Assembly (NCBI GenBank): GCA_026770705.1
Contig: JANJGN010000038.1
Coordinates: forward strand, 12,896,001 to 12,960,000
DNA: 64,000 nucleotides
Direction: 5' to 3'
From: Isurus oxyrinchus
Lineage: Eukaryota
In this document: piece by piece, positions 25,312 to 37,604 of the stretch
Layout: each line of letters opens with the position of its first letter
How positions within the stretch are numbered: the stretch's first letter is position 1
Made by a program: the position numbers and the translations under genes
Notes under the pieces: generated by a model
The model's input: the letters and a program-made list of their open reading frames with translations, nothing else
The model's database searches: none
What the model was told of the DNA's origin: nothing

Positions 25312-25665
25312 GCTCTCACTCACTGATTGTTGCTATAAGAAATAAAACCCTTCAGTCAGCAGAAGATTTGCAGATTTTGATTACAATTCATTCAAGAGTT
25401 TTAATCAGGAGCAGAACCTTGGGCTAAAATTATCTCCATTCACGCAATAATTTGTCAATATTTCGATTTGGCGCCTAGTCATCAGTTGTGCATATTCTAA
25501 GCGGTAACTATGCTCTTTAATATACGGAGTTAATCAACATTTTGTTTTTATTCTTCGCCACTTTATTGCTTTGGAAAATGTAACTTTTCAATCGAGGTTC
25601 AAACACATCTCTTAACCTATTTTGAGCTAATACTGACCTATGATTCACTGTAATTATTCTTCTGC

Positions 25666-25704
25666 GGTTTATGTACGAGTTCTGGGCTTGTTCAGGTCAC
25701 TGTG
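25666..25704 (-). other. V recombination signal sequence (23-bp spacer)
   Basis: CACAGTG (25704-25698), 23 bp, ACATAAACC (25674-25666). Confidence 0.95.
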
Positions 25705-26006
25705 GTCTCTTGCACAGTAATACCTCGCGGTGTCTTCGGGTCTCAGATTTTTGATCTCAATGTAAGTTGTGGACGAAGTTCTTGATGGGATGATTCGACC
25801 TTCAACTCCAGGTGCGTAATACGTGGTTGACGAGGGTTTGTGGAAAGCAAGGAGCCACTCCAGCCCTGTCCCAGGAACTTGTTTAACCCAGTGCACATAG
25901 TAGCTGTCCAGACTGAAACCACTCACTGAACAGGACAGTTTGCGAGATTGTCCGGGCTTAGCGGTCTCTGAGGCCGGCTGGGTCAGCACGATGGCGGATT
26001 GGACAT
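25705..26006 (-). CDS. IGHV: VH exon, unrearranged, IgW-like: (Y)VQS-AIVLTQPASETAKPGQSRKLSCSVSGFSLDSYYVHWVKQVPGTGLEWLLAFHKPSSTTYYAPGVEGRIIPSRTSSTTYIEIKNLRPEDTARYYCARD
   Basis: Acceptor ...ctaacag, open reading frame, canonical first Cys, HWVKQ Trp and YYCAR, followed directly by an RSS. Confidence 0.95.
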
Positions 26007-26131
26007 CTGTTAGCGAATGGAAAAAATGTAATTACATTAGAAAACAATCAAATCATTGAACTTAAATAGCAACACGATATCAGACAAGAAGCAGACTTTA
26101 TTGTATCACTTATATAGTCAGGAATACTCAC

Positions 26132-26177
26132 AGGTGAAGTAAGCCAATAAGAAGCAAAGGCACAGCGCAAATCCCAT
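26132..26177 (-). CDS. IGHV: VH leader exon, MGFALCLCFLLAYFT
   Basis: 46 nt starting at ATG, hydrophobic signal peptide, phase-1 donor GTGAGT, 125-bp intron to the V exon. Confidence 0.92.
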
Positions 26178-26267
26178 CCTCAGTCTCTGGGTATAACTGA
26201 CTTGGGAGCGTTACTCTCCGTCGCAGTGACACCTGCGGATTGTGAACCAGGAGCTGAACCGTCCCGC

Positions 26268-26275
26268 TATTTATA
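26268..26275 (-). promoter_or_regulatory. TATA box of the VH promoter
   Basis: TATAAATA on the minus strand about 90 bp upstream of the leader ATG. An E-box (CACCTG) lies at 26230-26235. No octamer was seen nearby. Confidence 0.6.
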
Positions 26276-26479
26276 CCAGCTAGAGTCAAATAAGAGAGAG
26301 AGAGAGAGACAAAGCTGGAGAATGGGAGTCACTCTCCTCCCCCAGTTAACAGCCTGGCTCCTCCTCCTTTTTCCTGTCTGAGTCCAGCTGTATAAACAAT
26401 TATTAACCATTAATATTCCGTGTTCCACAAACGTATCTTTTTGATTGTCTATTTATCCTTTGGGATGTGATACTCTCTC

Positions 26480-26845
26480 TCCAAAGCAGGTTTAAATTGA
26501 ATCAGTGCGAATCTTTACATTCCCAATAAACACCTCACATGTGCTCAGTGTCCAATTGCTCTCAGAAGGACCTAAACACACCCATGGAATTATTCCAAAG
26601 ATGAAGGGAGAGATCCCCTGGGGCCAATATTTCTCGTTCAGCCAACATCCCAAAATCAGCTTATCTAGTGATTTATCACAGCGTAGTTTGTTGGATCCTC
26701 CTATACGTAAATTCACGGTTGTCTTTCCTTGCAATACAATGGTGATTATAGGTTTATAAATAAACAAACAAATCTTCATTGCCTATAAAGCGCTTTAAGG
26801 TATCCTGTGGTTGTGAAATGCACTGGTTAAATGTATGTCTTCTTT
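26480..26845 (+). mobile_element. DeuSINE/SacSINE1-like element
   Basis: Resembles the recalled Deu domain ('ggggccaatattt...tcagccaacatc...cattgcctataaagcgcttt...ggtatcctg'). Related pieces at ~14160-14330, ~16565-16695 and, on the minus strand, ~41790-41930. Confidence 0.55.
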
Positions 26846-28149
26846 ATTTCCATGTTCCCCTATCTGTGTGATAAAAGATACAAATGTTACTGATATTTGT
26901 TCAGAGAAAGCTATTATATTTGTCCCAAGACATCGACAGTTTCGGAATAATGTCACTTAATTTCAGATATAATCCATCGTGAAATGTGAAGCTTCACTTT
27001 AAAACAATCCTCCGTGAATCAATTTTCCACTGGATTTCTGGTCACCAGTGTGAATATTGTTCTTTCATTTCACAGTGAATGATTCTAAATGGGAGAAGTT
27101 GAGATTTGCACCGAGGAATGTGTGTGTGATGATGCTGCACAGTGCAGCTGAACCCTGTTTAGTTAAGAATTAAATCACCATGTCTATCTTTCTAATTGAT
27201 GTGACAGATTTATCCCACAAACCATTGGGAAATATTTAGCAATGCAGATAAAACAATATCGATCTGGGTGACCCCACTAAACCATAAATTATATTCAGAG
27301 ATTTGGGGCATCACGAGTTTGATTTTTTTTTTTTTTGATGTTGTTAATTTGCACCAAGGATGAGAAATCATTGAATTTATGGTGATATCAAGCCAGTTGT
27401 GCTCAGCTTTTCAGGTGCCAAGACCAAATGTGCCAACGGGTTATATATGAAAATATAAAGCCTGCCATTACAATTGTACTAACAGTTCAGTGAATAATAT
27501 GAGTTCCCAGTCTCCAGATTGGGATTGTGACTCCACCGTCTGCAGACCATTGGGTAAATTACAAAATTGTTAAATGAATCAAACTTTAGTATCAGAGTAG
27601 TTAATGTGTTATTTATATCTGTGTGATACCAGCTCAGCTGGCATTCCATGTTACAGGATTATGAAAGAACTTCGCAATTATCAGAATCAAATTGGCCTTA
27701 ATTAATTAAAATCCCGAATTCATTGTACTGTTGTTGCCGCATTTAGTCTGTTCTGCACCTGCCATACACAAAACACAGTTTCCTTAATATCATCTCATAA
27801 GAAATGCAATTTAGATTAAGATTGCCTAACGATTCATTTGCTGCTAAATTTATTCCCAGTTTGTTGAACAACACGTTCATCCCATATCTCTGCCCAACAG
27901 GCAGTGACAGGAGTCCAGCATTCCACCATCAGGGAGGAGAGAATATTCACATTTCAATTTACAGGAAACATCTGTGGCTGCTGTGCAGAAACTTCAACAA
28001 TCAGTTTCCTGCTCACAGATCAAATAGAGCAAGGCAACAAGAACCCAGCTGTTAGCAAAGGAACCTATTTATACACAGATCTGCCCAGCAACAATGTTTC
28101 CAAACAGTCCAGGTTCATCTCCATTGGGTATATGGACGTTCATTTCGAA

Positions 28150-28790
28150 TGAATTCATACCTTGAGATTGCTTCCCAGAACCTGTATCCTCTCTGAAGTA
28201 CCGGGGTATGAATCCTGGGAAAGATTCTCAGATCATGAGGCAATTGTGACAGAAACCATCTGACGCTCCAGGGAGCACAAATCCTGAATGTGATTCCTAG
28301 ATACTGGGGGATGTTAGAAGCATCAGGGAGCATAGATCCTGGGGCTAGTATCAAGCACCTGGGCCCAGCAGACTCACCAGAGAAGATAAACGCTGGGAAT
28401 TGTCCCCAGAACCTGGATTTGCTGATGTATGACCGTTTAGTTGTTCAAAACCTGGGAATTGCTAATAGGTGCAGGGATTATCTGATACGAAGTGCCCTTG
28501 AATCACACGTCATATTAATGATTCCCAGGTGCTGGTCCCAAGTCACACAGACACACATTGAATCACAAGCCCTGGGCATTATCTCCAGATGCTGGGCCTA
28601 TTTGATACAGGCAGTCATGCGAGCACAAACCCTAGGAATGATTATTTGTTACTGGTCCTATATGACACCGACAGACATAGGAGCAGAAACCCAATTAATT
28701 ATTCCCTGTTTCTGGGTCTACATGACATAGGCAGTGGATTAAAACTCCCATCGAACTCTTTGTCACTTCTAGACCTGAATATTCCAATGG
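28150..28790 (+). repeat. Degenerate 60-bp tandem repeat
   Basis: A 'cctggga/ctagga...attcccag.tgctggg' motif recurs in exact 60-bp register at 28391, 28451, 28511, 28571, 28631 and 28691. Confidence 0.65.
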
Positions 28791-29754
28791 TTTCCTGACC
28801 ATCCCCCCAGAGTCTACCTTCCATAAATAGGAGCTCAAGCTAAATGCTCTTGCCCATATCTTAAGGCAGACATGTCCAGTTGGCCCATCAACCTTATTCT
28901 CCCTGATTCACAGCGGCTCTCGGTTAAGGAATGCATCAGTAATAAAATTATCACAATTGTTAAACTCCCTCCATGGCCTCCACCACATCTCCCCCGACCT
29001 TACCACCACCACTCCCATCCCTATCAGCTCCTTCAGCCTCACAATCCTCCCCCTTCCCTCCTCGAATTCTCACATCTTTTGTATCCGTGAATTTTATCAC
29101 TTGTTGCCAACTGCCTTGGCCCTAAGCCATGGAATTCACTCATAAACCCCTTCTCCCTCTCTCCTCCTTTACTATCCTCACTAAAAGTTACGTCGTTGAC
29201 CTAATGTATGGTCATCCGCCCTTGTGTCTCCTTACGTGACTCGGTGTCAGACTTGGCCTGTTAGTGGTCTGGTGAATCAACGTGCAGCGATTTACGATAT
29301 TAAAGGGGCTATATAGTTGCAAATGATTGTTGGATATAATTCGATTTCTTTCTGACTGAAGGAAATGTTTTATTAATCTCAGGTCACGGATAGTGAGATT
29401 CTCACTTTTACTGCAACATGCAGAAATCAATACAAGGTCCCGTGAGATGTGCTTTTGATCAACTAACAATCTGTCACAAAGAACAATGTGTTCATACACG
29501 TTATGCATGCTCCGATATAATCACTTTTCACAAATGATTTCTGAGGACAGACATTGCCTTGATAACAGATCGGTGGGACAATGCGATCTAAATATGAGAA
29601 CAAAATAAATGGATAATCAATGCACATTAAGGATATTACAGGACCTAAAATTATATTTTTAATCAAAGGGAATAAAATATAGAAACATAACTGGAAAACA
29701 TAATCATTTACCTTTGCAGAATTCGCATAGAAACATTAGGAATGATGTGTTTAG

Positions 29755-29900
29755 ACAAACACGCACAGGCACATAAGTAAACAAGCAGACAAACAGAGAT
29801 ACAGGCAGACAAACACAGACGTACACACACACGCGCACATACACACTCACACACACACGCACACACACAGATGTACACACACACACACACACACACACAT
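29755..29900. repeat. (AC)n-rich microsatellite
   Basis: Seen directly in the sequence. Confidence 0.9.
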
Positions 29901-30329
29901 AAATGTTCCCTGATCAAAAGTCCTTCCTTCAATTAACGCCAATAAATGTACATTAATATAAATTAACAGGATTTGAACCACTTTGTCCTTTTGCTAATGT
30001 TTCTTTGTGCAACAAAGCTTCACTCAGATGGAATCCTTTGCATTGTTATCCTTTGCCACCCCTTGTAGAATGTAATGATCTTATATATCATTGTATCTTG
30101 TTTTTGGTGCGTTAATATAAGTGACAATAACTGATGAAGGCATTTTACAGTAACAGCAATGGCAATCTTTCGCCACCATGCGGCAGTGCTAGCGCGATTG
30201 CTTCCATGGAAACATACATACATTGCCTCAATTATTACTGCTCCATAGCATGTCTATGTTTATATCACAGCAGACCTTCACTCAGTTATTGCTAGTTCTA
30301 CTTCGTTCTCAGATTTTGACATTTCTGTC

Positions 30330-30600
30330 AAGGCCGACATTTACTAGCCATACCTAATTGCCCTGGAGAATGTGTTGGTGAGCCGCCTTGTGTGTGTTTC
30401 AAATCCAAAAACAGTTTTGGTGGGAAGGGAGCTCTGGGGTTTTGACTCAATAACAACGAAGGAAAAAAATCTATATTTCCAAATCAGAATATTGTGTGTG
30501 ACTTGGAGCGGCACTAGCAGTTGTTGGTGCTTCCATTCACCTGCTGTCCTTGGTCTTCTATGTCGCAGAGCTCTCGGGTTCTGAAGATGCTGTCGAAGGA
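30330..30600 (-). mobile_element. Degenerate LINE 3' end (family of 527-905)
   Basis: Similar to 527-905. Confidence 0.6.
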
Positions 30601-30719
30601 TTTATCAAAATGGGGTGAAGGGCTTCCGTTATTTGGAAAAACGATAGAAATAGCATCCTAGAGCAGAGAGAGTTAAGAGATGTTTTAAAAGAAGTGTTCA
30701 AGTTACTGAAGGGGTTTGC

Positions 30720-31120
30720 AAGGCCATAACCTGACCATGTCTCCGTCCATATTCTACTGGGTCCAGTCACGGACATTAGTGCAATAAACTCTGTGCGCAT
30801 CCATCCTTTACACTAGGCACTTTTTCAATTATTGCTGCACTGACGCATGTGTCTGGTTATATTGTACTCATCCATGTCCTTATTTATATTACACTAGACC
30901 CTTTCTCCTTTATTTCTGCACTATTTTATGCCCACCTTTAAATTGCATGAGGCCATCTCCCTGCTTATATTCGACGGGGTCTGCCATAGTTATTCATGGA
31001 CTAAACTGCACAGAGTGCAGGAGTCCTTATCGCTGTTTATGTTAAATAAGGCCTCTTTTCTGTAATGACAGCACTGGACACTTTGTTTATATTAATCTAT
31101 TGCCAATGTCAGTTATTGTG
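30720..31120 (+). repeat. Degenerate 27/54-bp satellite patch
   Basis: 'acactaggcact', 'acactagaccctt' and related motifs in register. Confidence 0.55.
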
Positions 31121-32029
31121 GTACAACATTTTTTTCTCTGATAGGTAAATGGACAGATGGATGAAGGGAGAAGTATGTCTCATAATAATTAAAGAACATA
31201 TATTTGACGAGGTGGGAAGATGGATTTTTGTTTGTTGTAAAATACGTTTAGTCTTGGTCACAGCCATCAGAACCTGTGTACAATTTCCTATTGCTCTGGT
31301 GTTATGTCACAGTTTTGTTGAAAGTACTGGTCGAATCTTATGACAATCTCGGAAATTTGAACTGGATTGAGGGACTGAAGGATAGGAGAGCCAGAGTGCA
31401 TTGCAGTTTATAAAGATTAGTGGAAATCTCTGTTGTGTCTATTGTACACCATGTTTTAATGTTAAAGAATGTTTCTCCTGAGGGCCTTTACATTCACGTT
31501 TTCCGTGTTACTGGTTGTGTGACTGAGCCTCAACATATGTATCTGCGTCTATTTGTGTCTGTGAGTGTGTGCATATAAAACACATTATTCCTAATGTTTG
31601 CAAAGGTGGATTTGCTTCTTCAGTTATTTTCACAGCATTTAATTCCCTTTCATTAAAAATGTGTTCAGCAGAATGTAAGCGCAAATTTGTTTGTTGATAC
31701 GTTTCTATCAACAACAGTTACGAACGTCGACATTTTCACGATAGCAGTAATGACAACGATTGGCCACCAGGTGACAGTGTAAGTTGGTTTGCCTAAATCA
31801 TACTAAACCAGCACTGCCTCAGGCGGCAATAACTGAGAAAGGGCTTAGTGTAATGTAGGGATGGGCATGGATGGTTTATATTACATTAGACAGTCTCCAA
31901 TGTTTTACTTATTAATTATCGACTGATTTGGAATAGTGGTTAAGTCAAACATCTCTACCCATTCCCAGTTGTCCTTGAGAAATGGCGAATTTCCACCTTC
32001 TTGAAAGTATCAAGCGGTTTAATACCTTT

Positions 32030-33915
32030 GAAACTGCATAAATCCCAAGATCCGCCCGAATTGAATCCTCGGCATAGGAATCACCATCACTTTATAATCC
32101 TTTGCAACTTCAGGCACTGAGACAGGGCGAGAGGACAGCTAACGTTGTGCATTGTTCAAAACGGAGAAAGGTATATACTGAGTGATTACAGAACAGTGAA
32201 TATAATCTAGGAACCGTAGGAACCGGGAATAGTATTGGAAAGAGAACATTCTAAGAGACAAGGTGCATCTACATTTAGAATGACACTGACTAAGCAAAGC
32301 TGGACAGCAAGAATTTGTTAAAGGAAGGGCGAGTGTGACTATTATGGTTAAATGTTTTGAAAGGATAATAAGGAGTGCCGATGGATACAATGCATTCGAT
32401 GTAGTCTATGTGGATTTTAAAATGACCAGTTTCTACATGGCAGAGCGGTTCCGAAATTAAAGGCCAATGTGATCCAAGGCAAAGCGGAGAGGTAAATCCA
32501 AAATTGGTTCAATGGCAGGAAGCAAACGGTAAATGACACGGGGTGTTTCTGTAAATGGGAGTGGTATCCCCCAGGCCTTAGTAATAGGACACTTGCCTTT
32601 TCTTGCATGTATCAATTACTCGCACATGACTGAAAAGAGCATGATTAAGAAGGCTTTAGATGATACACAAATTGGCTGTGTGATTAAGAATGAAGCAGAA
32701 AGCTGTACACTGCAGGAAATCGACCAGTCAGATAGACATAAGAATGGCATAAAGATGATTGCGAGGTAGTGCATTTAAGGAAAGCTAACAAGATAAAGTA
32801 ATAAACAGTAAATAAAACATAAGAACCAGGAGCAGGACTTGGCAATTCCTCCCCTCGAGCCTGCCCCGCTATTCATTACGATCATGACTGATCTCATTTC
32901 GGCCTCAACTCCAATTTCCCATCCTCTCCCCAAAACCTTTCAATCCATTACTAATTAAAAATCTGTCTTTCTCATCCTTATCTTTATTCAGCATCCCGGC
33001 ATCCAGCGCATTCTGAGGTAGTGAATTCCATTGATTCACGAATAATACGACACTGAGAAGTAAAGTGGGACTTTCGAATGCAGAGATTCATAAAGGTGAC
33101 TGGACAGGTAGATAAGGTGATCAAGAAACAGACGGGTTTCTTGCCTTTATTCTCCGAGGCATAGAAAATACGAGTTGAGACGTCCTGCTGGAACTGTGTA
33201 AAACACTAGTTAGCCCCGAGTTAGAGTGTTTGGTGCAGCCCTGGGGCAGGAACTATCAGAAAGATTTGATTGGGCTAGACACGTTACAACGGAGATTTAC
33301 TATTTGGGTTTGCTATTTGGGAGGATAGGTTAGGTTTGTTTACTTTTGAACAAAGGAAACTGAGGTAACACAATGCTGCAGAAAAGGGATTATTCTCTTT
33401 GCCTCCTAACTCTTTGCTGTGCCCGCATGCTTTGTGTGATCTGTGTACAAACACACGCAGATCTCTCTGCACCGAGGAATTCTGCAGCCGTCTCTCAATT
33501 TCAATAACATGTTGCCTTTCGACTTACCCTGCAAAATTAGGCAACCTCATATTTTTCCAACCTTATATTCCATGTGCCAAATTTCAGCACAATCACTTAG
33601 CTTACCAATATGTCATTGTGGCCTCTTAGTGTCCTCCTCAGAACCTGTTTCGCTTTCCAGCTTAGTATCATCAGCAAATCTGGCTAAAGTACTGTCGACC
33701 CCTTCATTCTAGAGTAAATAGGTCACGGCAAATGTTTTCACCCAAAGGATGATGGGAATCTAAAACTCATGATGTGAAAGGATCGGAGAGACTGGAAGAG
33801 AAACAACCTAAAAAGTTACAGACCAAGAGCTGGAAAGTTGGACAAGGCTGATTACTGCTTGTTCACTGGGATGAATGTCCCTCTTCCGTATTGTGGATTT
33901 CTATGACCCTATGAT
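32030..33915 (+). mobile_element. Old CR1 RT relic with two nested opposite-strand CR1 fragments (~32815-33040 and ~33375-33710)
   Basis: Plus-strand remnants resembling DVVYVDF, SGIPQ and LYKTLVSPELE, interrupted by reverse-oriented fragments ('ADDTKL', 'QRDL' and a CR1 3' tail). Confidence 0.65.
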
Positions 33916-33919
33916 TCAT

Positions 33920-36060
33920 TGCTGTTAGATAGGGGGTTTCAGGGTTTTGACCCGGCGACAGTGAAGAAATAACGATATATTTCCAAGCCAATGTGGTATT
34001 TGGCCTTGAGGTGAACTTATAGGTCTTTCCATGGGTCTGTTACACTTGTTCCTCTAGGTGCTAACAGTCAAGGGCTTGCATGGCGCTTTCATAGGGCAGT
34101 TGGCTAGTTGCCACAGTGCATTTCGTAGATGGTGCACACAGCTGTATTTGTGCAGTGGTGCTGGAGGGAATGGATTTATAAATAGCGGATTGGATTGCCA
34201 TCAGGCGCGATGATTTTTCCTAGATGGTGTCTTCCTTCTTCCGAATATGACAAATAGTACTAGGAGAAGACCATGTGGTTCGTCGGGCCTGCTCTGGAAG
34301 TGTGTTGTTGGAACTGCCCTGATCCAGGCAAGCTGAGATATTCAATCACATTCCTAAAGTTTGCATGGACATTGTGAACAGATTCTGGGGAGTCATGAGG
34401 TGCGTCACTCGCCATACAACCTGCTGCCTCTGACCTTTTCTAGATGCTTCATATATGTTGCTGGTTCAGTTAACTTAATTTACTGCTGTGGCCCCCACAG
34501 TGTTGCTGGTGTTGGATTCCGCGATGCTAATGTTAATGAATAACAACCGGAGATGGTTAGATTCTCTCTTGATGGAGATGGTCACTGCCTGGCACTTGTA
34601 ACAAGTTATGTCACTTTCCACTCATCAGCCAAAGGTTTAATATTGTCCAAATGTTTTTTTTTCTGCATGGAGGCATGAACTGCTTCAGTATCTGAGGAAT
34701 CCAGAAAGGTGCTAAAGTTGTGCCAACATTCATGAACATCGCTACTTCTGACATGATTATGGAAATAAAGTCATTGATGAAGCAACTGAAGATGGCTGGG
34801 CCTAGGACACTTTCCTGAGGAACTCCGAGAGCGATGCTCTGGTGTGGAGTTTTTGGCCTCCAGCAAAGGCAATCATTTTCATTTGTGCTAGGTATGACTC
34901 CAATGAGTCCCCCCCGCCCCCCCCGCCCCGCCACCCCCCGCCCCACGATTCTCATTGACTTCAATGTTGCTAATGATCCTTGGTGCCACAATCTGTCAAC
35001 TGCTACCTTGATGTGAAGGGCATTCACTCTCATATTAGGATTCAGCTGTTTGTTTTTGTTCAGATCAACAACGTGATGTAGTCGGGAACTGAAAGGCCCT
35101 TGTGAAGCCTAAACTGAGCATTGTTGAGCAGCTTGTTGGTGATGAGCTGCTGTTTGATTGCTCCGTCAATGACACCTTCCATCAGGTTGCTGCTGGCTGA
35201 GAGTACAATGATTGAGGGTCAATGGGCCGCATTGGGTTTGTTCAGCAATTTTTCACCATGTTACAGCTTGATCAGGCTGACGCCCCATTTTTAGATCTTC
35301 TTGTTGCTGCATCTGGTCTACTGCTCTAAATTCATCACTGAACAACCGTTGATCCCCTGGCTTCATCCTAATGGTAGAGTGAGGGTTATACATCCCATGA
35401 CGTGCATATTGTGGGGGGATGAGAATGTTGCTCAAGCTAATGGCCTCACTGACACACGGTTTTAATTGCCAAATATTCTCCAAATCTATCGCATTTAGCA
35501 CGATGATTATGCCACACAACATCACGGGTGGTGCTCTCAGTCTGAAGATGGGTCTTTGTATCCAAAAGGAAAGTGTGGTGGACACTCTCATCAATACTGA
35601 TGTGGAGAGATCTATCTGTGCCAGGTAGAGTAATGAGCGCCGTCTCAAGTAAGTTTTCTCCTTGTGTTCTCTCAACACCTTCCAGGGGCACGGTCTGGTA
35701 GATATGTCCTTCGTGACTCGGCCAGCTCAGTCAGTATTGGTATCGAGCCATTCTTGCTGATGTGCATTGAAGTTCCATTTCCTTTTCGGCTCTCAGGGTT
35801 TCACCAGAATTTTGTTCAACATGGAGACGCGCTGATTCATTAGTTGAGGTAGGGAAATAATTCGAATTAGAAAGGAGATTTTCCACTGTTGCCTGTTCTG
35901 ATGCCAGGAGTATTCATGACTCCTGGAGTCAATATTGAGGACCCCCAGGGGCACTCCTTCCCGACTAATATCCCGCCATCACTGGTGGGTCAATCAGGCG
36001 TGGGGATATTGGTGGGAAGGTATTAACATTGAGCATGACTATGTCAGGCGGGTGTTTAGT
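33920..36060 (-). mobile_element. Degenerate CR1/L2-group LINE (RT region and 3' end)
   Basis: Encodes GVPQESVLGPAIFSCFINDF (ORF 34611-35033); its 3' part matches 527-905. Confidence 0.75.
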
Positions 36061-36064
36061 TTGT

Positions 36065-36830
36065 AAGGTCTAATACAGGCAGGAATTATACAGTAAATGG
36101 CAGAACCCTTAAGTGCATCGACAGGCAGAGGGATCTGGGTATACAGGTCCACAGGTCACTGAACGTGGCAACGCAGGTGGATAAGGTAGTCAGGAAGGCA
36201 TATGGCAAGCTTGCCTTTATTGGCAGGGGTATTGAGTATAAAAGCTGGGAAATCATGCTGCAGCTGTATAGAACCTTGGTTAGCCTACACTTGGAATATT
36301 GCTTGCAATTCTGGTCCCCACATTACCGGAAGGATATGGAGGCATTGGAGAGGATGCAGAGGACGTTTACCAGGATGCTGCCTGATCTGGAGGTTATTAG
36401 GTATGAGGAGAGGTTGGAGAAACTCTGATTGTTCTGACTGGAGGGATTGAGATTGAGGGGCGACTTGATAGAAATTTACTAAATTATGAGTGGCATGGAC
36501 AGAGTAGATAGTCAGAATCTTTTTCCCGGGGTGGGAGATTCAGTTACTAGGGGACATAGATTTAAGGTGAGAGGAGAAAACTACAGAGATGTGCGGGGCA
36601 AGATTTTTATGCAGAGTGTAGTGAGTGTCTGGAATTCGCTGCCAGAGGAGGTGGTGGAAGCAGGTACGATAGTGATGTTTAAGAGGCAGCTTGACAAATA
36701 CATGAATAGGATGGGAATAGAGGGATACGGACCCCGGAAGTACAAAATGTTTTAGTTGACAGGCAATATGATCAGCACAGGCTTGGAGGGCTGAAGGGCC
36801 TGTTCCTGTGCTGTACTTTTCTTTGTTCTT
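36065..36830 (+). mobile_element. CR1 LINE 3' end (RT C-terminus and 3' UTR), relatively young
   Basis: Encodes QVDKVVRKAYGKLAFIGRGIEYKS...LYRTLVSLHLEYCLQFWSPHY...TRGHRFKV, ending 'gggctgaagggcctgttcctgtgctgt' plus a simple-repeat tail. Confidence 0.9.
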
Positions 36831-37110
36831 TGTTGTTGTTGTTCTTGTGTTTCCGCTGGCCTGCGTTCTGTGTTTCTCAGCTGTGGGAGATGTCCACAGA
36901 AGATCGTTCAGAGAATTTTATACAGTTAATTGGACTGTCTGTGTCTTTGCCTGTGCCTCAGTTGATGCCGTCTGGCTTTACTGACTCTGCGCAGGTTGAT
37001 GATTCTCGTGGCCGTTTAATAAAAATGACTGCACACTGAGAATGTTTAGAGGGAGATTCAAAGTTAACCACCTTGCTCTTTATCTGGAGTCCCTTTGGGA
37101 AAAAAACATG

Positions 37111-37202
37111 GAAGGTGGTGGGGGGTGGGGGGGGGTGGGGTGGGGTGTGGGGGGGGGGGGTGGGGGGAGTGGGGGAGGTTGGAGGGGGGTGGGGGGGGGG
37201 GG
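37111..37202 (+). repeat. Poly-G tract with G-quadruplex potential
   Basis: About 90 bp of G runs. Confidence 0.85.
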
Positions 37203-37604
37203 AATGTATTTCTGAAACGTACCTTTATATGTCAGCTGTGTTTTGATGAGTCTGGGAGATGCACGTTTCCCATTACTGATATTGAGGGCATTTTTAATAG
37301 TTCAGATGTATAAAATTAACTAAGTTTAAATTCCAAAAAGCTTTGTTGAAATTTGACCTCATATAATATCTGTTTGTGTTACATAAGGCGGTTTCTTAGT
37401 TATTGATGCGCTATATTGTTTATGTTTATATTTCATAGAACTTGTCCCTGTTTTTAATGTACTGGACCATGTTTAAGTTTATTTTAACCAGGCTCTGTTT
37501 CAGTTATTACTGCACTGGAGCAACTTACCATTTAAATTATACCAGGCCCTATCTCTGGTTACATTACACTAGACCCTAACTCAGGCACGACCTGGCTGTA
37601 GCTC

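Larger units (their letters stand above)
5881..26177 (-). pseudogene. IGHM: Complete germline shark Ig heavy-chain cluster (L-V-D-D-J-Cmu1-4-sec-TM1-TM2), IgM constant region; frameshift in Cmu3, so a probable pseudogene or exon-skipping form
   Basis: All segments are present in order with GT/AG splice sites in compatible phase and paired RSSs. The constant exons match recalled horn-shark/nurse-shark Cmu. Cmu3 is 298 nt, not a multiple of 3. Confidence 0.9.
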
